A stretch of 42,704 nucleotides of DNA from an uncultured Nitrososphaeraceae archaeon (GTDB lineage Archaea; Thermoproteota; Nitrososphaeria; Nitrososphaerales; Nitrososphaeraceae), in the NCBI GenBank assembly GCA_963825865.1, contig CAWGVG010000061.1, forward strand, positions 1 through 42,704, given 5' to 3'. Numbering within the stretch: the first letter of the stretch is position 1; each line of letters begins with the position of its first letter. This document shows, piece by piece, positions 35,055 to 42,704 of this stretch. Under the pieces are notes generated by a model. It searched no databases and was not told where the DNA came from. It saw only the letters and a program-made list of their open reading frames with translations. Position numbers and translations under genes: made by a program.

Positions 35055-35588
35055 GAGTAGTCAATTGTGTTAGGTTATGCTTAAAATATATTGCCTCTTA
35101 CTTTTTTTTCTCTCGTATGACAAGAATAAACTGTCTTCTGTTGTTGGTGTACCTGTAATAATATCATAACGCTTCTCGCAAAGTCCATAAATAATAATCA
35201 CAGACAGATTATATTAAAGTTAGGTGGGACAAGAACAATAGCAAATAAGATTTGTCATTATTAGTAAGTGAAAAATGGGACCATATAAAATATTAATCAG
35301 CTTCTATAAAATTACGTCATCTAATCAGCAATTACCTTAAATCCATGTAAAAAGGTATTGTGTGATGTTTCATAATATATTTTAAAGAATGCAATTTGGA
35401 ATTGACAAGGATAACCAGCAGGACAAGAAAATTGCCTTTTGCTGCCAGTCACTTAAGAGAGCTAAAGATGGGAATTGGAAAAGAAGTGGCACTGATGTGA
35501 TCTAATTTATTTGCTATTGCTTCTACCAATTGACTCATCAAGCTGATTATGTACAACAAAAGAAATGATGTCGTTAGCTAGCTAGCTT

Positions 35589-36038
35589 TCAAGTATCAAA
35601 TTTCATAACAAAGGTATCATCGGCTAATTTATATCCCAATTTTTCATATAATGGTCTATTCTTTTCTGAGCAATATAACAATATTTTTTTGCATCGTTCT
35701 TCCGATACAGCATGTTTAGTAGCATATGTTACAAGTTTAGAACCTATTCCCAATCCCTCGTGTCCTTGTCTCACTGATACATCTTCTATATAACCAACTC
35801 GCATGCCTTTATTGATAAACTTTGGTTCTATGAATAATGTAGTTGTTCCAACTATTTTCTTGCCACCATCCTGGTGTTCTTCTTCTGCAACAAATATCTT
35901 GTGTAATGGATTTGATTTTATCTTTTGCAATATTTCTTTGGCCTGTTTTTTATCTATATCTGCAGGAACCAAGTTCTTCAATACTTCTAAAAATCCTTTT
36001 TCTATATCTTCAAATTCTATTGGTCGTATAATTACCAA
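35589..36038 (-). CDS. GNAT acetyltransferase (glucosamine-6-phosphate N-acetyltransferase-like)
   Basis: TLFIEPKFINKGMRVGYIEDVSV...GLGIGSKL, KKILLYC..KNRPLYEKLGY. Confidence 0.85.
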   Translation of the reverse strand: MVIIRPIEFEDIEKGFLEVLKNLVPADIDKKQAKEILQKIKSNPLHKIFVAEEEHQDGGKKIVGTTTLFIEPKFINKGMRVGYIEDVSVRQGHEGLGIGSKLVTYATKHAVSEERCKKILLYCSEKNRPLYEKLGYKLADDTFVMKFDT

Positions 36039-36453
36039 ATGTTTTCAGCGTGACTATGTATTTAGAAATTAAAATTCGTTTTCCCTATTCGTTTTATCCA
36101 TGTAGGTCTGCATATATATTTTTTATCCTGATGACTATAATAAGAATAAGATTTGATATCTTTCTGATGCGTGCAAAGAGAATATTTTGCAACTTATTGC
36201 ATATATGCCTTAAATATGAAACATTAACGTAAATAGTTAGCCGACCATTGGGGGTCGGATTCTAAGTCTAATGTCGGTAAGAATTTGAAGAGTTAGTTCA
36301 TGTAGTTTGTAGTTCGAGTTATTTTTTTAGTATAACTCTACTTTCATATATTATTCATTTAAAGATCCAATTCAGTTTGCCTATATTGACTAGAGTAAGA
36401 AAAAAAGTCAGCATATTACATAAAATACTATCTCCTTTTTTTATTGTGACGAG

Positions 36454-37197
36454 ATGATAGATCGCAAATTAGCAATTGTAACAATCCATGATGTAAATCC
36501 GTTACATTCAGAGGAAATACTAAAAACATCATCGGAACTCAAAAAATACAACCTGAGTATTGTGCCATATTATAGAAAGAAATACAATCTTAAAGACTAC
36601 GCTGCTTTTTGCGACGAGATTTCTTCATTATTGCAGTCTGGTAATGTTGAACTTTGCATGGTTTATATCACCAAACAGACGGAAAGTTTGAAGATTTTGA
36701 TACAGAATCAAAACAAGAAGAAAAGGAAGAAATTCAAAAGGCCTAGATATTTTAATGGCTGCCAAGCTACCAAGGCCTTCGATGTTTATACCACCAGCAT
36801 GGCATTTGAGCCGTCAATGTATAGAAGCATTAAAGGAATTGAACTTTAAAATATCTGAATCTATGACAGAATTGAATTAATTCAAAAGGGCAAAAAATAC
36901 ATACTTCATCCTGTTATGAATTGGGATCAACAAGGAGACAAAGAAAAGAATAAACAAACAATTGAGCAAAACAAGCAGATGTTTTATAACAGATTATTCA
37001 ATATCAACGGCGAAACTAACGGGTTATTTAGAATGGCTATCCATCCTCCATATGATCCTAATGGAGCATTAGAAGATCAAATTGAAATGATTAAATATGT
37101 AAAAGAAGAAGAAGGTTATGAATTAATAAAATATTCAGATTTACTTAGTTTAGATGAGGAGGAGAGCTCTCACAAACTTTGGCTGAGAAATGTTTAG
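36454..37197 (+). CDS. DUF2334/polysaccharide deacetylase-like protein, frameshifted
   Basis: IVTIHDVNP, HGLYH, FIPPAW, FRMAIHP. Confidence 0.7.
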
Positions 37198-37980
37198 TCA
37201 AACGCTTTTATCAATATAGACAAAAGAAATCTCAAATTTGATGCACTGAAAGAATGGGGAATCGTTGATAACGTAGCAAGACTTTGTGTAATGAATCTCT
37301 ATCTAGACGGTTTGGTGGCGAGGAAAGTCCAATTATGGTAGGTAATACTCTTATTTCTGATCCTGGTACGCGCTTTGACATGGTGCTTATAAACCTCTTA
37401 GCATTACCATAGTTAACGAAGGAGGAAGGTATGATATAACATTCTCAATAAAGTCATTCTTCTCTTCATACGCTGATTCTATCACTATGCTTGGCAAATA
37501 TCAACACACGAATGCTCAATTTACTATTTTCGTATTTAGGACGTCTGTACCGACTTTCTTTTTACCAGTATCAAAAAGAATCTTCCCTTCGTTATCATCT
37601 CCTTCTTTTTCTTGTCAGAGTCCGGTCAAATTGTTTCTATAATATCATCTGCAGCATAGGGACTACTAAGTTTGTGGAAACTACCAAACACAATGCCATT
37701 TAGAAAAAGTTATGAGAAGTACACACATAACATTAATAGTGGCAAAGTTGTAACTTATCGTCAGTAATATTAACCACGTTTTTTATGTTTATATCTGGGT
37801 TGTTACCTAATTTGATATCATTGTATCAGATTTCCTAATTTGATAATTTTAGCTTGCTCTTTAAATCCTTCAATCTGTTCCTGAGAATCACTCTCTTACT
37901 CCTGTCGCATGAGAAAATGTCAATTTGTGTCTTATTCTCTCAAGACACGACAAGTAAAGAATAGATTTGATGTCAGACAA

Positions 37981-38451
37981 TTATTTTACTACCAATACAG
38001 GACATTGTGCATAAGTTATAACATGTGTTGCAACACTTCCAAGTAATAGTTTCTTGAAACCCGATAGCCCCCTTGTTCCAATTACAATTAGGTTAATATC
38101 ATTTTCTTCAGCATAATCTACTATACCTCCTGCTATATTTATAGAAGCAATAATTTCTGTTTTTATTTGAATATTTTTTTCAGTTGCTTTATGTCTAACT
38201 TTATCCAAATATTTTTCACCTTCATTTCTCATTTTTGTCATAAACTCTGATGTTTCATGTGGACCGAATAAATCGACATCAGCGCGTATAACATGTAAAG
38301 CAAAAAGTTCTGCATTATGTTCTTTAGATATAAATATAGCATAATTTGCTGCATCCATTGACGCATCAGAGCCATCTATTGCAACTAACATTTTGGATAT
38401 TATTGTCGTTTGACTAGCAGTAGTACTAGGTGTTGTAGTTGTAGTTGACAT
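37981..38451 (-). CDS. Universal stress protein UspA
   Basis: LVAIDGS, LIVIGTRGLSGFKKLLLGSVA, CPVLVVK. Confidence 0.92.
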   Translation of the reverse strand: MSTTTTTPSTTASQTTIISKMLVAIDGSDASMDAANYAIFISKEHNAELFALHVIRADVDLFGPHETSEFMTKMRNEGEKYLDKVRHKATEKNIQIKTEIIASINIAGGIVDYAEENDINLIVIGTRGLSGFKKLLLGSVATHVITYAQCPVLVVK

Positions 38452-38609
38452 ATGTTTATTTTTTAGTTAAAAAGAAGCCCTATTAAAATTCATATCCTAG
38501 AATGGTCATAGATCGAGAACCTAGTTGATAGTTGATTAAGACATATGCTGTTGTTGGCATGCCATGAACATACTGCTTTTTTACATATATTATTAAAGAC
38601 CTACTACAT

Positions 38610-38996
38610 CAACATCTTAGGTTATAACAAGATTAATTGATGTAAGATCAACTTTTGTCCCTAAAGTATCAAGATATTTATCAGACAGTAATTTGTGAGC
38701 TTTTTCTAATAATAACAGTTCATTTTGTTGTTCTAATTCTTTACCTCCTATTATCGAAGCCTTTCCTTAAATCGTTTGCTCTTTTTAGCTTTTCAGGCCT
38801 AGATTGCTTAGTCACATTAGTATAAAGTAACAATCGTTATAAAATACAAATACAACTGCTATCAAATGTGGCTTACATTCTGTATCAACTGTTAAAGCTA
38901 GCCTAGCTACTCTAGCTTTATCGATTATCGTCTTAAAATATGTATCATTAATTACAAATATATCATCATCATTATTTATACGGATTAGAATCGTCA
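38610..38996 (-). pseudogene. Pyridoxamine 5'-phosphate oxidase-family (PPOX/F420-type) remnant
   Basis: IIDKARVARLA.TVDTECKPHLIAVVFV; downstream part disrupted; boundaries approximate. Confidence 0.55.
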
Positions 38997-39173
38997 TAAA
39001 ATTACCATATAGAAGAGGTTTTTCCTGCTTTAGTTTGTATGAGCCAATATCCACCAATCAACCCCGCGTTTAGAGATTTAGTGTAATATCAGAACTAAAC
39101 GTATAGTCCAAGGTTACAGCAAATAACCGTTATAAACAAAGCATAGTATAGCGAGTCTGCTTCATAGGAGATA

Positions 39174-39698
39174 TTGCCTATTGAAGACTTTTCAAAATTC
39201 CAGACTGACAGAATAAGCTTCAAACTTTATGCCTGCCGACTACATTTGAAGATCCTTAAAGATATTGAACTGAAATATAATGATCTTACCTCAAGCGAAG
39301 TTCGAACAAGTGTAGAAATAGAAATAGATTCATTCCTTTCTCAAATGATTGGAACGGTTGAATCTCTTCTCTTTAAAATTAACAACAAATTACTATTGAA
39401 TATCCCAGCCGATAGCATTGAAATAGACAAAGTCCAAAGTGCATTATCAGCTGAAACTAAGAGCATTGATCTGCTAAATGATTTGAATAATGCAAATCAG
39501 TATGGTAATTGGTATTGCACTATAAAGCAACTAAGAAATTATTCATTAGATAATTCCTTGATTTCGCAAGATACTTTTGAATTACTAGCAAAATATATAA
39601 AAACCAATATGAAGCTAATTCCATATTTTGAGCAATCTCTGAATCATCTTGAGAAATTAATCGAAAATATTAGAATAAAAGAACCGATATTACAATAA
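39174..39698 (+). CDS. Helical hypothetical protein, possible degenerate HEPN-like fold
   Basis: EIDSFLSQMIGTVESLL...IKQLRNYSLD, with no His in the Rx4-6H position. Confidence 0.45.
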   Translation: MPIEDFSKFQTDRISFKLYACRLHLKILKDIELKYNDLTSSEVRTSVEIEIDSFLSQMIGTVESLLFKINNKLLLNIPADSIEIDKVQSALSAETKSIDLLNDLNNANQYGNWYCTIKQLRNYSLDNSLISQDTFELLAKYIKTNMKLIPYFEQSLNHLEKLIENIRIKEPILQ

Positions 39699-40149
39699 TA
39701 AGAACGAAGCACATTAACGGATGAATAAATTTAATTAATTTTTTGGGACTGATACCACATAATGTAATCATAGGACCGCAATACGGATATAGTAGATGTA
39801 ATTCCTCTTTTATTGTGTACTACCAAATGCCATCTAATGATTATAAACAAGTTAGTATTAAAAGGCTAAACAGCCATTAAGCAAATAAATATAGATATCA
39901 TCCATCGTAAAACATGACTTAGTAGCTGTTGATGGAATTTATAAAATGATCAAGTGGTAACTCATCACAAATAACACGGAATTGTCTGGCCCGGAACTCA
40001 TAACGGCGTAGATCTGTAAATAACTGCAAATGATAACAAAACAGTATATTTGCAATAAGCAATATTGGCTTTCAACTTCTCAACAACTCAAAAGGAATGA
40101 CCCCCAATTATTACCCTATTTTGTTATATATTAAATCCATCATCAAATA

Positions 40150-40503
40150 CTATTTACCACCAGTTTTTGTCTTATCCTCAACTAATTTGAATTTGGATAA
40201 TTGCTTATATGCTAAAAACACTATGAAAGCAATTATTAGAAAATCGATTATATTTGAAATCAAATCACCCCACATAAATTTTGATTTTCCTATAGTAAGT
40301 GACATTGCCTTTAAGTCCCCTGCTGGTAAGAATAGCCCTATAAGAGGAGTTATGATATCATCTACAAAAGCAGTAACCAGTTTAGAAGCTGCTTGCCCTA
40401 TGACAAATGCAATAGCCAAACCAATTATGCCAAATGTTTTAAGAAAGTCAAAGAACTCTTGAGCAAGTGTTCTCTTTAGTTCTGGCGAGATTTCGTCTAC
40501 CAT
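40150..40503 (-). CDS. mscL: Large-conductance mechanosensitive channel
   Basis: EFFDFL...IGLAIAFVIG.AASKLVTAFVDDIITPLIG, WGDLISNIIDFLIIAF. Confidence 0.9.
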   Translation of the reverse strand: MVDEISPELKRTLAQEFFDFLKTFGIIGLAIAFVIGQAASKLVTAFVDDIITPLIGLFLPAGDLKAMSLTIGKSKFMWGDLISNIIDFLIIAFIVFLAYKQLSKFKLVEDKTKTGGK

Positions 40504-40846
40504 ATAATTGATATAACATCATATACTCTTTTAATTAATTTAACCCAATAGTAGGCAATATGGATTTTGATAGCGATAATAACATACTGAAGTCAAAATC
40601 ATGTCAGAAGATTATATTGCAAAAGATCATTATAATTTTAATATCAAACAGCAAATATAATGGAACTCCTTATTACGCTCACCATGCAATGCTGTAGAGA
40701 TATGTGGTAAAGGTAAATTTGTAGACGATAATGCGATACCACTTAAGTTTCAAATCAGGCTTAGAAGGCTATTATCATCGTAATGATGAAAGTAATGACA
40801 ATAACAACAAGATTTATGGTATGTACATACAATAACCTTCTTCTAT

Positions 40847-41176
40847 CTAAATTGCCTGTTCATTTTCCGCACCTGATTCAATATCAATAGCACGTGTAAT
40901 TGGAGAGATAAAGATCTTTCCGATTTTAGAATTTGCTCTGATAATTTCAATGGCATCTTTTTCTTTATAGTCGTCTACAACAACCTGCAGAGTATATTTA
41001 TCGCTAAACTCTGGTGTGAACATTTCTGTTCCCTTTGAAGCATGAATTTTAGGGGCAGCGCTCTTACCTCTGCCTTTGACTTTTAGAATAGTAATGCCAC
41101 CAACTTTGATTTTTTTTAAGCCTTCACTTATTGCTTCTATGTCATTTTGGGGAATTACTACATCTATTTTAATCAT
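40847..41176 (-). CDS. P-II nitrogen regulatory protein (GlnB/GlnK family)
   Basis: GITILKVKGRGK, T-loop, GKIFISPI..AIDIESG; divergent from amt. Confidence 0.9.
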   Translation of the reverse strand: MIKIDVVIPQNDIEAISEGLKKIKVGGITILKVKGRGKSAAPKIHASKGTEMFTPEFSDKYTLQVVVDDYKEKDAIEIIRANSKIGKIFISPITRAIDIESGAENEQAI

Positions 41177-41293
41177 GGAATAGATATGATGACATGTTAT
41201 CTTACGTTAAAAAACATTTCTCGAATTTCCTTAGCAATATTAGCATTTATTATAAGAACAATTATATTTATAATACAAATATTTAAAAAACTC

Positions 41294-42542
41294 GTGCCAA
41301 TAAACTCTGGCGATACTGCTTGGATGCTTATAGCTTCCAGCCTTGTATTATTGATGATTCCTGCTCTTGGATTATTTGAAGCAGGATTGCTGCGGAGAAA
41401 GAATACAGTTTCCATCTTTATGCAGATCTTTTTTGGAATGGCACTTTTGAGTGTCATGTGGTTTATATTTGGGTTCAGTCTGACGTTTGGACCTGATACT
41501 GCCGGTCTTGTTGGCAATCTAGATTGGACATTTCTTAAAGGTGTGCCTTTTGATAGTTCGCTTAAATATGCACCAACTATTCCGGGAGTTCTGTTTGTAA
41601 AATTCGAAATGATGTTTGCAGTAATTACTCCATTATTGTTAACTGGAGCAATAGCGGAACGAATGAAGTTTAGTGCATATGTTCTTTTCATTGCAGACTT
41701 GGAGTTTTCTAATATACTATCCGCTCGTCCACTGGATATGGGGTGGCGGCTGGCTTGGTAAATTAGGAGTTTTTGACTTTGCAGGTGGAATTGTAATTCA
41801 CACAAGTGCAGGAATGGGAGCGCTTGCTCCAGCTCTGGTTTTGGGAAGAAGATCAAATTATGGTCCATCGATCATGGTTCCACATAGTATACCAATTGCT
41901 GTTCTGGGATCTTCGCTTTTATGGTTGGGTTGGTTTGGATTTAACGCTGGAAGTGCATTGGCTTCTGGTGGAGTAGCTGGAAATACTGTAATTGTTACAC
42001 ATATGGCTTCGGCGGTCTCTGCTCTGGTATGGGTTGCACTTTCTTGGATGAGAACCCACAAACCAAGTGTGATTGCTGCAATAAATGGTGCTATAGCAGG
42101 TCTTGCTGGAATAACTCCTGCATCAGGATACGTAAGCGTAGAACATGCCTTTGCAATTGGATTGGCTATCGGTGTTGCGTCATATATGGGAGTAATCTTT
42201 TTAAAAGAAAGGCTAAGGATAGATGATGCACTAGATGTAAGCTCAGTACATGGCATTGCTGGAATTATCGGATCTCTTGCAATTGGCATTTTTGCAAGCT
42301 CCCTAATAAACCCTGCAGGCCCAAACGGATTATTATTCGGTAACGCACATCAGCTTCTGGTTCAAGCTATAGGAGTTGGTGTCGCAGGAACATTGGGTTT
42401 TGGAGGAACTTTCATAATAATGAAAGTCATAGACGTCTTGATAGGCGTTAGAGTTTCACATGAGACAGAAGAAAGGGGTCTTGACATTGAAGAACATGCT
42501 GAGCGTGCCTATACTGATGAAGGTGACTTTGAAAAGATCTAG
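41294..42542 (+). CDS. amt: Ammonium transporter (frameshift near 41695)
   Basis: NSGDTAW, GAIAERMKF, HWIWGGGWL, DFAGGIVIH, LLWLGWFGFNAGS, DDALDVSSVHG, GLDIEEH. Confidence 0.95.
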
Positions 42543-42704
42543 ATTCAAAAGAAAGAATAAAAAAGTCCAGGAGACCATACTTTGTAGACCTTGGATAACA
42601 CATGTGAACTGACATATTTTTCTGGAATCCACTTTGAATAAATGAATCCTCAGGCATTGTCTAATTTCTCTCTAAATGTATCAGTCTCAGCACGTTCCAG
42701 TATG

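Noticed and set aside
36241-36258. Hairpin CCGACC...GGTCGG as a tRNA or ncRNA
   Set aside because: Single short stem with no cloverleaf or T-loop; no tRNA or rRNA was recognised anywhere in the window.
37320-37330. GAGGAAAGTCC resembling the RNase P RNA conserved motif
   Set aside because: AT-rich context, with no GC-rich helices or matching 3' P4 strand seen.
4813-42289. Many antisense or overlapping ORFs in the track (e.g. 4813..5088, 9470..9874, 18430..18819, 41197..41868, 41858..42289)
   Set aside because: Shadows of well-supported genes on the opposite strand, with no motifs of their own.

Overview
AT-rich archaeal accessory region whose gene families point to a soil ammonia-oxidising archaeon (Nitrososphaeraceae): YVTN and BNR repeat surface proteins, Amt/P-II, a solo terminase and small family-typical hypotheticals. 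Many long genes carry scattered 1-nt indels, probably long-read errors overlaid on real decay. The core is a defence/repair island at about 6.0-18.2 kb. It holds a TIR protein, a three-domain LigD split by a clean IS481 insertion (6-bp TSD), and a ~3.9-kb fusion of a tandem Trp-rich 'integrase-repeat' array, an SF2 helicase and an Rrp8/NML-like methyltransferase. That fusion is followed by a 2-repeat/1-spacer CRISPR mini-array, a truncated Cas02710-type HEPN gene and a terminase large subunit. Four IS elements are present (two ISL2-like IS5, one IS481, one other IS5), plus many short gene fragments. The right half holds a dioxygenase cluster, MFS, GNAT, UspA, MscL and a divergent P-II/amt pair. 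The repeat-helicase-methyltransferase fusion is the best candidate for an undescribed system. All family calls come from motif recognition by eye, not database searches.
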